A DNA stretch of 61,732 nt, the filler included, from Choristocarpus tenellus KU-1152 (Eukaryota > Protista > Phaeophyceae), in NCBI GenBank assembly GCA_964200185.2. It is 12 parts of 12 records of this genome, joined end to end, with 100 filler letters (N's around TTAATTAATTAA, not from the genome) between each part and the next. Parts side by side here need not be neighbours in the genome. Positions count along the whole stretch, not along the records: positions 9,484 to 12,478 come from CAXNAD020023057.1; positions 12,579 to 15,156 come from CAXNAD020026600.1; positions 15,257 to 22,201 come from CAXNAD020007000.1; positions 22,302 to 26,722 come from CAXNAD020014625.1; 8 more parts are not named here. One strand, given 5' to 3'. The notes under the pieces are model-generated. The model saw only the letters and a list, made by a program, of their open reading frames with translations. It was not told where the DNA came from and searched no databases. Positions 12,291-25,348 of this stretch are shown here, one piece after another (the stretch's first letter is position 1; every line of letters begins with the position of its first letter). The translations under genes were made by a program, and so were the position numbers.

Positions 12291-12456
12291 GGGTCAAAGT
12301 ATCTGGGGGGAGGGTGTCGGCGTCCGTTTTTCACCCTTTTTTTGATTTTCACTTTTTTGGTGTGATTTGATCACACTTGTCGGATTTGAAATGTCAGCAA
12401 AAAAGAGAGTTTGACCGAAACGGATCCTCACAAACCACCCCCCCCCCCCCCCCCCC
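12291..12456. mobile_element. Poly-G/poly-C MITE (family B-related); right end lost near contig break
   Basis: Left terminus GGGTCAAAGTATCTGGGGGG; its 3' part (CCGAAACGGA..CCTCACAAACCACCCCC) matches 15257-15322, which keeps the right TIR. Confidence 0.7.
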
Positions 12457-12478
12457 TACTTTTTTCTTTTCGTCACTT

Positions 12479-12578
12479 NNNNNNNNNNNNNNNNNNNNNN
12501 NNNNNNNNNNNNNNNNNNNNNNTTAATTAATTAANNNNNNNNNNNNNNNNNNNNNNNNNNNNNNNNNNNNNNNNNNNN
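12479..12578. other. Artificial contig linker
   Basis: N44-TTAATTAATTAA-N44. Confidence 0.98.
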
Positions 12579-15156
12579 AGGACCGCGGCGTGCGTTTGTC
12601 TTCCGTCCACAGTGATGGGGGGGGGCTGGGGGGGGGGTGGGGTGTGGGGGATGAGGACCAGGGCACTGTCGGTGCCTATTTATTTACAACTCAGTTGGAG
12701 TGCTGCTGTGTTAGCATGGCCACCCTTTTGAAGAAGTGGACTACATGTAGGGAAGATGGGGAAGAAGGGTTGGTGTCAATGAAGGAAGGTGTGCTCATCA
12801 AGGTTGCTTCCTTTTTTTTTATCCCTTGTGTGTTTCATTAGTACAACCCTACAGTAGGTCTACCTCATCCTGCGACTTTCCCCAACTATTGAAATGAGTA
12901 GCAGTTCTTGCAATGAGATAAGAATTGTATTGATAGGATCGGTCGTTGATTGTAGTCTCTTATTGCACAATAGTTATCATATCCATGATCATCATGCAGC
13001 AGTAAATATCAGTATCAGGTAGCTGTCTGCTACCGCTGTTTGTAATGTGTGCATTATAACAATGTATGATATCTTTGTTAGTGTGTGTACACATGGTCTT
13101 GCGCTCATGCTACAATTGTAGATGCCATGCTTATTGTTTGTTTTTAGGGTGTGTGTGATTTCACATTAGGATGGGAAAGGGCTAAGTTCTTGCTCCTGTG
13201 CTTTGACTGTGAGGATCATATGTGACACGAACCTGTGGTGTTACTGGGTGCTAGTGGCTATGCAGGGAGGGTTATGATATGAAAGCAAAAATAGCAAGTA
13301 GGGATGCAAAGTGTGGGCATATCCGGAGGATATATCCAAGCTTGATACAAACTTGTTTGGGGATATGTGTGCATGTTGTTGAAGGTGCTGTCATGAATAC
13401 TTTGAAATTCCGAACAACACGGTATGTGTGATTCGCCAGTTGGAGACACGTTTTTGTAGCTCTTGGTTGCTGTTCGAAAGAGGGGTATGTTTGTGTCACA
13501 GGAGTTACTTCACAGGTAGGAGATCTTTCCTTTTTGGCTTAAGGTGGCAGGGTGCAAACACACATATATACACAGCCACCCCTGACTATTGTGGTTGAGG
13601 GTGTGCAATCAATGAGGTATTATATACCACAGTGGTTGATTTTGTAGAGTTACTAGTTGAGGGTACATTCATATTACATGCGTTTTGTGAATGGAATGAT
13701 CCATTCGTCCCTGCATTGCACTGCTAGCAACCTTTTTGTAGAATTGTGAGAGAGATGGAGAATAGTTACATGGTCGTACTGAAGGTGTCATTGAAAGTGG
13801 ATGCAAGTAGTGTGTGTGTGTGTTGTGTGTGATGTGTGTTACGGTAACTGCAACTGACGAACGAGTTTCTAAGTACCTTCTTCCTTTTTTATTATAGTAG
13901 TAGTAGTTGTAGTAGCTGTGCTCTCAAAGTGGTGAATTATGAGTCCATTCAGGCAGACTATGATTGTTGTGGAATAGATTGCGTCAGGTGAGCACTTCTT
14001 TCAAGTATCATGATTCGTATGTGGTAAAATTGATTTCGCTCTCTTAATTGTATGCAAAGTATGTGAGGATTTGTTTTTTTGTCTCATATTATATTTGTAG
14101 CCTTTCTTTCTTTGCATCGCCGTGGTGGGATCCATTCCTCGTTTCTGGTTTGTTTGGTTGTTTTGTTATGAATGAAGGTCTTTTTTCTGTTCGTAGGCAT
14201 ACTCTACACTCCAACATACTTGATTATCAATGTTTTTATCAAAATTCCTTAAGGACCACACAGCTTGAAAATCAAGAGCATATAATAAATTCTTTTTGTT
14301 ACCCCTTACTTGGTTCTTGCCTTCTTACATTTGTATGGAGTTATCGACTAGTTCATGTGAGGGAGATGATAGTTGCTTCTATGCTGCGTATGTACCCAAA
14401 ATCATGGTCATGTCAGGGCAGCTAGAAGAGCTCTTAACGTAACTTCTAGCGGAATCCAGCTGGTGCCAACAGAGATACTGTAGTTAATTGCTTGTTCTTT
14501 GTATCCTGGAGCATACACAATCTATGCTGCGATCGTCACACCACATGATACTTACGAACTGTCCTTCCAAGTGATACCCACCTATCTGACTTACCACTGT
14601 CACTACATCAATCCGGCGAAGTTTGTCCCTCATCCAAGTTGATTCCAAGTTCTGTATGCATGTGTGACTCCACAAAGGATTCAAGGGTAACAGCACCATT
14701 AAATCTCTTTTTTTTAATGGCAGAACACACATAATATAGGGTTAGTATAATACTCGTGAGTATATTCTTACGCCTACTGTTGATGTGTCACGATCACGAC
14801 ACACACACATCGGAACAATGTTCGGGGATAGGTGTGGGTAAGAAGGAACTACTCAACGGATTGATGGGCGGGTGATGATAAAGACTGTTGGATTGTTGAA
14901 CGCACTGCTGTAGGAAGGCAAACTTTTGCAGGAGCATTTTGCCTCTTACACTCTCTGACTGATGACGTGAACCAGTCGTGTATGCACCCATAATAGTGAA
15001 TAAAGTAGGGATAGTCTCAATTTGGGGTACCACTTACGTGTATTAGGTAGTAAGTAGGGATGTGAGCTTGCAAAATTGTTGCATCTTGGGATTTAGGTAT
15101 GAACAGGCGATCACCAAAATTGAGGATGGAGCATACTATGGAGGATGGGATTGACC

Positions 15157-15256
15157 NNNNNNNNNNNNNNNNNNNNNNNNNNNNNNNNNNNNNNNNNNNN
15201 TTAATTAATTAANNNNNNNNNNNNNNNNNNNNNNNNNNNNNNNNNNNNNNNNNNNN
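15157..15256. other. Artificial contig linker
   Basis: N44-TTAATTAATTAA-N44. Confidence 0.98.
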
Positions 15257-15322
15257 TCTGTTGTTTGGCCGAAACGGACGCCCCCTCACAAACCACCCCC
15301 CCCCCCCAAGATACTTTGACCC
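15257..15322. mobile_element. Right end of poly-C MITE
   Basis: CCCCCAAGATACTTTGACCC is the reverse complement of the 12291 terminus. Confidence 0.7.
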
Positions 15323-15387
15323 TCCATCGTTTTACATACTTCAAAGTAGATATGATAGTCCTTTTCGTGGTTATGTTTGTATACTAG

Positions 15388-15721
15388 AAGCCAAACCAAG
15401 TGATAGGTAGACAGGTTTGGACCCTTCTGTGTTCCAAGCCATTGTTCTTACACTGTCCAATGCACTCTATTTCATAGCCTTACGTGCTAAATAGTGCCAA
15501 ACCAAGTGATAGGTAGACAGGTTAGGACCCTTCTGTGTTCCAAGCCATTGTTCTTACACTGTCCAATGCACTCTATTTCATAGCCTTACGTGCTAAATAG
15601 TGCTCGCAAAATTGATATTCCCCGTCCACACACACAAAGCCACACCATGATTTAGCAAGGGCTCTTTTCTGAAATTTTACTAAATTACATTTTCTTGCCC
15701 AAGTCTCGGTTGATTTGACTC
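15388..15721 (+). mobile_element. MITE family C copy with an internal 106-bp tandem duplication
   Basis: Termini AAGCCAAACC..GATAGGTAGACAGG and GATTTGACTC; 15390-15495 is repeated at 15496-15601 with one mismatch; homologous to 60009-60267. Confidence 0.78.
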
Positions 15722-17702
15722 TTTACATAATCTTTCCTCGTATCCTGTCTCTATTGAGCTATTTCGTTTTGTTGCCTTTTCCCTTTTTTTATTTATTGTT
15801 CATTTTCCAACATGACAAACGAGCTGCAACGTGTCAGAGAGTATAATATAAGTATACTACACTTAAAATGGTATTTTTTATTCTGCCCCACTCACATACA
15901 TTTATGTTGTGGAGGTTGTCACGTAGGAGGAAGGAGAGACAAGTAAAGAAAACACCTCAACCTTCAAACCCTTCACCTTTAGTTACTACTTCTATAAATA
16001 GCACTTCATTGACTCGTTTTGCGCTGGTATCGGATTTTGTTTCCCTTTCAGATATTACGTACCCACTTCTATGTAGGTCAATCACCTCTAGTTTTTCATT
16101 TCATACGATAGCAATAGAAATAGATTGTAAAGAAGACATTCCATACAACGGTAGTTGATAGAATCCGAGAGGGGGACCATGACATTGTATGACGTATTGA
16201 CACCTCTATTTCTGTCTACAATACGACTTCATCCCTCCACAATGAATTAAGGTAACTTTGTTTTTAGTAAGAAGTGTTTCACCATCTAAAAACATGCCCT
16301 TGAGAATTCTTGGTAAAAGTGACAATCCGTCACACTCGTTAAAATTATAGTGTTACAGAGTGCCAAGAAAATTAGCTTCCAAGAATGATTACACCCACTC
16401 AATGTTCAACAGGGTCTTCTCTTCACAAGGAACTCATTGGCGACCACCCCCAATCTGAATAATCGTGTGGGGAAACGAGGATATCATTTCAGCATGTGTA
16501 CAAATAGTTGCGATTGCTCTGAATCGCGTTAAAAATTCACAATAAGAAACTTGAGGTGAGCGCGATTCCATTGCATCGCTTTGCTCCGCAATAAGGAACA
16601 CGGAATTCCTTGAGGGGAGAATATAAAATGCTACCACCTCCACATCAAGTACCATAACCAAATATAGAAGCATATTTATCAACTCAGCCTAGTCACACAT
16701 CATAAATTCACCCACCACCAAAGATGTCAGGTGGCGGATAATTTGACCCCTGACTGCCCATTAGCGAGCTTTTGCCTTGACTGCAGTTCTTGATTGCTAT
16801 TTCTTTATATCATATCGATTATATCGAATGGTATGAAATACCGATAGTTAATTACCGATACACCCTGAATACGCCAAGAAACCACTGCCACCTTGGGACT
16901 TTGAAGCGTACAGACTTATAGTTCGCAGGTTTATGGTGTTGGTGTGAATGATCGGTTTGGAGGAGTGGATCGCATCATGCAATCAATGTTGAATGTAAAA
17001 TATGAAATATGTATAGAGGTTTCCACACATATGGTTATGTTCCCAGCAGTTAAAAGACCCAACGAAACACCCTTGTCTGCCTGCCAAGCTGTCGAGAAAT
17101 CTCGATCGCGATCCAACACCTAACATCTTTGACCACCAGCAACATAGATGTTTAAACATAGACTACTTAAGTTGTCTCCTAGCTGGAGATTAGGTCTTCA
17201 TCAGGTTGTGATTATGACTACCTCAAGACACTGTTTGTTGAGACCACGACTACCATATAGAGACACCTCAGCACCTGGCACATACAAAGTCTGTAGCGTA
17301 CACACATATTCGTACAGTATAGTTGTCTCTGTTTGTGTTACAAAAAGCTCCGCAACCTTACCATGATGGGATATGTAGATCCAATCCACAAGCCTGTAGG
17401 GCACAGACAAGACTCGCAGAGTGCTCCATAAAGGAAAAGCAATCAGATATGCTGGATCTGTCGTTTCGATCATTAATTTTATTGCTTTCAAAGGGGTATA
17501 AATAAGACTGAACAACCGCTCGTTCTACGCGCATGGCCTCATAGTGACCACTTCGGGAAGCAAATGATAAATGAATTGTCAAGAAGTACAAATATATAAA
17601 ATATAGGACTTCAAGGTCATAGTGGCATTTATCAAACCGCCATCAAGACACACTGCCTGTGACATTTGCAAGTCTGCTTCTGAATGCCACACAAACCCAC
17701 AA

Positions 17703-17938
17703 AAGTCAAAGTGAACGACAGGTACCAGGGTTCATATTAAGGATGCTGACAAATGTGTACGGAATTCTTTTTTTTGCAAATGCTTACAGGAAATTTCCTG
17801 AATTCTGTCGAAAAGTTTCAAACCATAGAGAAACAAACTTAGGTCATTATAGAAATGTGGGTGAATTGCGAAAGATTGAAAAACTGGCTTTAAATATAAA
17901 ACGACCAAAACCTGGGTACCTCTCATTTACTTTGGCTC
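17703..17938 (+). mobile_element. MITE family D
   Basis: TIRs AAGTCAAAGTGAACGACAGGTACC / GGTACCTCTCATTTACTTTGGCTC; flanks ACAA/ACAT; homologous to 49834-50096 and 57967-58152. Confidence 0.8.
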
Positions 17939-19502
17939 ACATCACCAGATGTGATGTCATCAGTTGAGTGAGACACATTGCTGTATTGAGTTACCACGGA
18001 TCTAGCACTTAGTTTTTTCGATACATAGGACAGGAGGTACTGCTTGTGTGTTCGAGAATAACTCTGAGCACAGAGAAGACTCAAAGCTTGGTCCCTTGAG
18101 TTCACTTTGCTTTTCGTGCACACTTTAACACTTGAAGATATGTGTTCAGAGATCTACATCCTCAAGATGAGAGGTGCCATCACCATACGTACATACAGTT
18201 GGTACCAATCAACGCAGCATGGAGAGTATTCTACAGAGGCAAGACCCCACTCCCAACTCAAAGGTCAGCAACAGCACAGTGCCATAACGAGTGTTAGGCG
18301 TCAGTAGTCGCTTTCCCATGAACTGTAACAACTCCGTAACCTTGGGTAAGTCAGACATCAATGAAGTGGTCGGCTCCATTCTCCACACACATTGGATGTT
18401 CCAATTTAACTGCTAGTACTATTTTGTTTGTCCTCCAAACGTTCTTTTACAGATATAGATGTTGCCGCGGAGGGCGCAGGAAGATAAACATGTAGGGCAA
18501 AGAATGCAACTAACGACATGAACCGAGTATTTATTATTGCTTACGGGAAAAAATGCCTGCTGATATACCAACGACAAGGAGAAAACGAGTTGTATTATCA
18601 ACAGAAGTAGCAGTAGTAGCAGTAGTGGTGTAGTTAAAACAAGAAACATAAGAAATCTCAAGAAAAAAAAAAAACTGAATTCACTCCTTCCCTCCCAAAA
18701 AACTGTAGTGTTATTATACTAAGATAAGGTGGAAATAAATTGAGATAATGTTACTGAGAATATTTTTGAATCTTGAATGATAATCTGAGTTCCACAAGTC
18801 TCTCAATACCCCTCTCACCCACCAGCCCAATGTCTCTACCTTGAAATGAGTGAGACGTTTGTGTAGAGATAGATGTCCACATACATGTACTTCATACAAT
18901 GACTGATACAATATGCCGCAAGTGTACCTTCACTGATTCCTAAACCCTCCCTCACAATGTACGAGTCCTACATCATTCAGGAACTTTTCTGCATGTTTGT
19001 GTTTAGTTCCTACACTATTCCAATAGTAGTGGTATGCACCTGTTTCGGTGTTTTGGAAACTAAATCTGCACAGTTTTCCTGGGGTTTTTTGGTGATGGAC
19101 CTAAAATCCTTTGGACTAATGTGATGGAAACAAAATCAAGATTAATAATCGCCAATTAGCAATCAGCAATTGGTCAAAGCAATAAAACTTCCCCTAAAAA
19201 TCCTACAGGTTAACATATATTATACTAGATATACTTTAAAAGTATCATCAACAATATACCTTTCCCCGCAAGTATTTTCCCCCTCGAACAAACAGGTCAA
19301 AAAGGGTGGGACATAGAACAATCAGGACATCTGCGCACAGGTTCTAGAAAGTAAAGAAGTTCGATAGGAACAACATATATCATATAAGGAGGTCTCTCAA
19401 CTCGACTTCTCCATAGTTCACCATTGTGTCACTTGTATTCTCAACCACAACTGAGCATCAACTGCCCAAAGACTAGAAAAGCAAATAATCCAACGGGATA
19501 CG

Positions 19503-19658
19503 ATGAGTCAAGCGATGTACCCTCCATGCCTTGTAACAGTCGTGGACGTAGAAGACACCGATGTTGAGGGTGTCAAGCAGTTCACACGGTACACAAATGC
19601 CGCAAAGGAGCCATCGGTGCATTTCTTGACGGATATCTCCGAGTCGACTGTGGGGAAG
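19503..19658 (+). CDS. DUF900-type alpha/beta hydrolase, exon 1
   Basis: ATG..GGGAAG|gtcaga, 52 codons, phase 0, in frame with the next exon. Start codon uncertain. Confidence 0.6.
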
Positions 19659-19885
19659 GTCAGAATCAGGCCAGGGGTGACTCAGGGACAGGAAACTGGT
19701 TTGGTCTGATGTATCAGTTGCTGTACAGTCTTCAAAATGAGAAATCGATCATCTTGCGTCGCTATCATCGCCAGCCCACGACATAATGTCTGCTGCAACT
19801 ATGCCGAGCTGTCAATGATGATACGTTAAAACAAGCTCTCCATTGTTTTGTGTAATGCTCTTCTCCCTTTCTTCCTCTCCCTCAG

Positions 19886-20047
19886 GACGAACTCAGGGTC
19901 TTCATCGGCAAGGAGTTGGATGGTGTTGGTGGGTTTCTGGAGCACATTAAGTCTCTCGCCCCCAAGGACATTCTCTTCTTCGTTCATGGCTACAGCAATA
20001 CACCACACTTTCCTGTTGTTCATGTCTACCAACGCCTCCGCGCTCAG
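19886..20047 (+). CDS. DUF900-type alpha/beta hydrolase, exon 2
   Basis: Polypyrimidine tract and ctcag acceptor, gttggt donor; reads DELRVFIG..KDILFFVHGYSNTP..RLRAQ, with the oxyanion motif (F/Y)VHG(Y/F)N. Confidence 0.8.
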
Positions 20048-20503
20048 GTTGGTGAACCAGCCTATCCTCGTAATCACGTTGAGTCCGAGCGAGCGCTCCA
20101 AAGTGTTCAATGTTTAGAAGCCCGAAGCTGTGCTAGCATCCTAATGTCGGGTCGTGCACCTTTGTACTTTCAGTGCTGACTGGTGAGTTCAGTTAATGAG
20201 GAAACGGACCACTCAAGGATTGAATAATCTTTTCTCTTCTCTATCTCGATCTATGGGTAACGGTATATACCCCAGAGTAGAAAGATGAAGGACCTTCATT
20301 GTTTCTAGATTTCGTATCTCAATACCTACAAACGTCGATATTACTCTTCAATCACCTATTCCCCATGTGTTTTATCCCTCCACCTAAACTGCTATCAAAA
20401 TTTGCTATCACGACTTCATCCTGTTTGATGTATGATGTACGTGTTCCGAGTATGCTTCTGACAACATACCTTCCTCCTGTCATAATCGGTGACTTCGGTG
20501 CAG

Positions 20504-20662
20504 CTTCCAGATTCCGTTGTCATCATTCCTGTGGTCTGGCCGAGCAATGACACTCGAGAGAATATACCCTTGTGGGCCTACTATACTGACCAGGGCATTG
20601 TCGAGAATGTGGCGCCTGCTCTTGCAAAGGTTTTCTGTGACTTGTTCGAGAACTTCAAACCG
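20504..20662 (+). CDS. DUF900-type alpha/beta hydrolase, exon 3
   Basis: gtgcag acceptor, gtgagg donor; reads LPDSVVIIPVVWPSND..WAYYTDQGIVENVAPALAKVF, the WPS...Y..D motif of DUF900. The nucleophile (HSMG) exon was not found in the contig. Confidence 0.8.
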
Positions 20663-22201
20663 GTGAGGGAAGAGCAGGTCGAACCTTAGAGCAAGGGTCT
20701 CCATAGATTTTCCTGTGAGTATGTCCTGAGTTGAGTCTTAATGAGAGAGGGGTTAGTTGTATGCTCTTGCAGCGTACAAAAAGAAACAGTTTAATGTAAA
20801 GAGGTGGGATACTTACGTGCTCTCGCATCTCAGGGTTTTTAGCATACTATTGAGGCAAGAAACAATTTAATTGTCTGACTTTTTGGATTGGAAATGCAAC
20901 GATATTTCACAGCGTTGTCCAACCCAACCTGCAATTCTTTTTTCGTTATTCTATTTCTAAGTAGAGCATTGGAGAGACGGAAATGAGTGAGATCATACGA
21001 AGGGATTACGCCCTAGTGGAGTTATCACTCTGACCGCTAAACCACTTTCTTGTAGCGCTACACCCCTCTTTTGAGCAATACACAAGTGGGTCTTGTACCA
21101 GGCTCAACAGCTTGTCACCTTTACCAGGTCCATAAACAATGGGTTTTCGGCTTTAACATTATACTTGCAAATTCAGTCTACAAGCCTCCTCCCAACTTTT
21201 GACATGTAGCTTAATAGTTGGACTCCCCTTTTGTACAGGCTGGTGAGCAGTGTTGTGAATGGTAGAAATATTTCAATTAAAGCTTTAAGAAATGGCAATA
21301 AAATTGAAGACTTTCGAGATAAGGGAGTATTTTCTAGCCTGTATGCATGTTCTGCTGCAATTCCCTTAGTTTGAGCACCTCTCTCTCTTCATGCACTATT
21401 CGCACCCTTTGATTTTAGTCATGGGCATGGATTTTTTTCTGGCTGAATTTGTTTGGCCTCATCAGACCTTTTGATTCACAACACTATGGATGAGTTAGGC
21501 TACCCTGTGCAGTTAGGAGATTTTTCTCTTCTCTGTAGCAATAGAAGGGTGCCATTCCTCTGGACTCTGAGGCCGAGCAAAGCTTGAGTTTTCTTCCCTA
21601 AGTTTATTTGCCGGCCTTGAGTCCACCATGGGTCTTCGATTTAACCCTGTCTGTTGAGACATGCTTTCTTGAATCCCTCTGTCCTGAAGACTGATATTTC
21701 CTCATAGTGCTAAGCTGCTCCTAGTGCCATTATATATGGAAACTCTTTCAAAGTTTCAAATCCAGTAAAGCTTCCCTCAGTCAAGGTCCTCCTCCTCACA
21801 AAACAATATACTTTGACATGCACTATGAAAATCCCACTCGCTCATGCTGTATCTCAAATCCACCCCACCCCACCCCCCAACCTTAAGACTTAGCTTGAGC
21901 GGCTAAACAAGAGTTTTACGGCTAAGGGTAGAGATTCAATTTAATGCAAAACTGATCTTCCCTTTCTTGAAATCTTTCATCCCTCCTCCTTCAGTCAGAA
22001 CAACTCCTTTCCCACCTACCTTTCCCATGGTGCACCATTGCTAGAATACACCCCTCCGCAACAGAAGCACCTGGCATTGCCTAACCACTTCCCTTCTTCC
22101 CGCTCAATGTTTTCTGTGTGGCATACTCCCCCCCCCCCCCCCCCCCCCCCCCCCGGTTGTGTCTTTTTCCCGGGGCGCCCAAAAAACACCCCCCACTCTC
22201 C

Positions 22202-22301
22202 NNNNNNNNNNNNNNNNNNNNNNNNNNNNNNNNNNNNNNNNNNNNTTAATTAATTAANNNNNNNNNNNNNNNNNNNNNNNNNNNNNNNNNNNNNNNNNNN
22301 N
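22202..22301. other. Artificial contig linker
   Basis: N44-TTAATTAATTAA-N44. Confidence 0.98.
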
Positions 22302-22372
22302 CCTCTCCACGGACCGGGTGGTAGCAGGGGGGGGGGGGGGGCCGGAGGCGCAGAGAGAGCCGGAAGAGAGGG

Positions 22373-22425
<53 letters not shown>

Positions 22426-25223
22426 ATTATCGGGATCAGATAAGGGACCGTGACTCTGCTGCAAGGAGCCTCAGTTGGCCAGTTGGGCTTACCATCCTTT
22501 CAGGATTTTAAACATAGGCCTCCTATTTAAACAGTAAATAAAAAATGAGCACAAGTTGAAGAGAGAGAGAGAGAGAGAGACAGGTAAAGACAAGCACGAT
22601 TGTGTTTCGAGTCGAGCCCGGGAGGCGTATCCTCTCATAAATCACGCCTGATCAGGTGTATGGGATTTGAGAAAGTCTGATACAGGAATCAACAAGGTAG
22701 ATAGATGTATGACCTGACCTGACCTGTGGTTCAAAATTGAAAATACAATGATTTACAAAAAAAAAAAGGGTTTTGTTTTTCTGTGTTTTGTTTTTTCTGT
22801 GTGCGACGAAATAAAAGACGCAGCTTCGAGCTCAACACCTTTGGTCTGGCCTACGAGAGGAGGGAAGTCCCCTCAAACTAGGAGCGACTTTGGTTCTTTC
22901 CCGCTGGTGAAGCCCTGACTTTCAGAACTGCCACTATCCTCTCTGGACCTACATGGTCTGGCCACCTTGCCCAGGAAACCCACCCTCTGACTCTTCCTTG
23001 CAGTATAGTAGCTGCGGGAACTTTAGAACAGGACGAGGACGAGAACGGCGATGCTTATCGGGTCAAATCGTCACTAGGTCAACTCCTACATGGCTGGCCA
23101 CTGCAATAGCACTGAAGCACCATTCTCTCGCCTTCCTCAATATTACGAGAACCCCACCCGGTACGATTCAAGTCCTTACCGGTGAAGGTCCTGTTCTCAC
23201 CCATATGCATACAAGCATCCATTTGTGTGTACGCATTAACGAAAAAAATAATAATATCGCCACTCCCCCTCCTCTCTCAAAAACACATCTTGCTGCTCTG
23301 TCCATCTCTCACTCTCCCTCTCTCCCTCTCTCCCTCTCTCCCTCTCTCCCCTGACATGTTCACCTCAATAGCTCAACTAGACCACATCGCCTGTCCAGGA
23401 CTCTTAAGCTACAATGATCACAAGTGGGTACTTCGGAGAATTGCTCTCTTTATCCCGAAAGGAAGAACACCTCTCCCATCCTCCACACGCACAAACCGAA
23501 CGCCTCCCATAGGAGACACCGACACATGCATACCGTCAGAGGAGCTAGTTTCAGGAGCTGTTGCATACCCCCCCAAAAAACAAACCACAACATTCAGATC
23601 GCGTTTAAAAATTTAAATCTACAGAAAAATAAATAAATTTAATTCGTCTGTATCAATGACAACATACACAACTACCAGCGCTCGCATAATGAACACACAC
23701 CCTTCCCTAACACGTAGTGAGTGCTCGCTGCATCAAAGCAAAAAAAAAAAAACGTCCAGTACCTAGAAAAACGCCTTGCACTCTATGGCAACATCCATCC
23801 AAGAAGTCCTTCAGTCCTGCCCTAACCCTAAGAACCAATTCTCCTGCACGCACCACAGTAACATAGTCAAGACCTTGGTATCAGACAATCAGAGCCCCAT
23901 TCGAACGGCATTATATGGATACAGTTGCTCCAAGATACCTCAGTCAGGCAGAGTAAAACCTAGTACTACAATGCACCCATCTAGCAGGAAGAAGCAGTGT
24001 TGCAGCACTGCTATCAGCACCTTGATCCAGTGTTCAAGAAACCAAGAACCCTACTTGATACGACAGGAATAAAAAATTGGTAACCTGTGCAACTGCAGCA
24101 AAGCAATACAGTCAATAAATAGCTCCGCCTCACTCCAAATACAGCGGCCTAAACACAGACTCGTACCCAAATTACATGAAATTTTTCCCATCCAGCTCTT
24201 GTTGAAATGATGATTCTGTCCTACGTTTCATCGATTGTTCAGACTGTTAGTACAATATGCCAAGCACAGACGAAAGTTCAATATCTCGCATTGGATAACA
24301 ACGCACACGGGACGGTCCCCCGAGGTATGCCACAAAATGATACGCAGGAGGCCTTTGGCACTCAATCAACTTCTAATTCTTGCTGACATACACAGTACAA
24401 AGAAATTATCCATCCTCGCACTTTAAGTACACGCCCTGTGCCCTTGCAGTACTCTTTCAACAGCTTCGAATTTCAACACACTTGTAAGAGCACAAAGCGC
24501 TCTGAGTAAAAAAACTCTTTATGATTGACAGTAGAGCTCAACATGAACATGATCCTCCTTCAGAAGAGATGCTACTGCCTTCCATGCCGTCTCATCTCCC
24601 GTTACAATGACTAACTCACACAGCCTACCCCAATATAGATGTCCAAACAACTCAAGGAAATTTACCTTAAGTTTAAATGTAAGTACCCTCAATCCAATCA
24701 AGTTAGATCCCGCAGAACAACACACCATACACCAGTATGTAATTGCTTTCCTCTGTAGCATGACTAACATCACCACACCATACAAAGTGCTTTTACTTCA
24801 CACTGAAACAAAATCTCACTGTTTTCCAAATCTCAACAAAGGCAATATCTGTGCAGGGGCAATGAAAGAATGATCAGCACGAAGCAATCTCTGTCACAGG
24901 TCTAAATCTGCTCTTTAGAATAAGCAAGGCTCCAAATGGTTGTTTGTCTGCAACTTTGTACATGCACATGTCAAGTACAAACATTAAATGACCCCAAAAC
25001 ATAGCACATCACAAAAATTACTCGAAAATCTTGGTATTGAGTAATTACAATCCACAAATCCCTCTGGGAAAGGAGCCAACAGAAAAACAAGCCACACTGA
25101 ACAGAGAATTAAGTACTACAAAGCACTCAAGTAGGGAAGGAGGGGAAGCATGGAGATTGCAGTGCCCTAAATACATTAAGAATATACTCTATGTCCTCGA
25201 TGCATATCAGAGACAAGGGTCAC

Positions 25224-25348
25224 CTGGTAGTCTCCAAACTCTGCCTTTGTAGCCGCTGTTACCATGGGATCCCCACCCCTAAACTCCTCGCCAAAGGCAG
25301 ACACAAAAGAATCCCGAACAGCCTCCACTATCCTCTCCCTTGGAGATC
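25224..25348 (-). CDS. argS: Arginyl-tRNA synthetase, N-terminal (Add1) domain exon
   Basis: cacag acceptor, gtgacc donor; reads SPRERIVEAVRDSFVSAFGEEFRGGDPMVTAATKAEFGDYQ, ending in the ArgRS FGDYQ signature. Confidence 0.88.

Noticed and set aside
22246-22464. Poly-proline ORFs
   Set aside because: Translation of poly-G/C tracts at contig ends.
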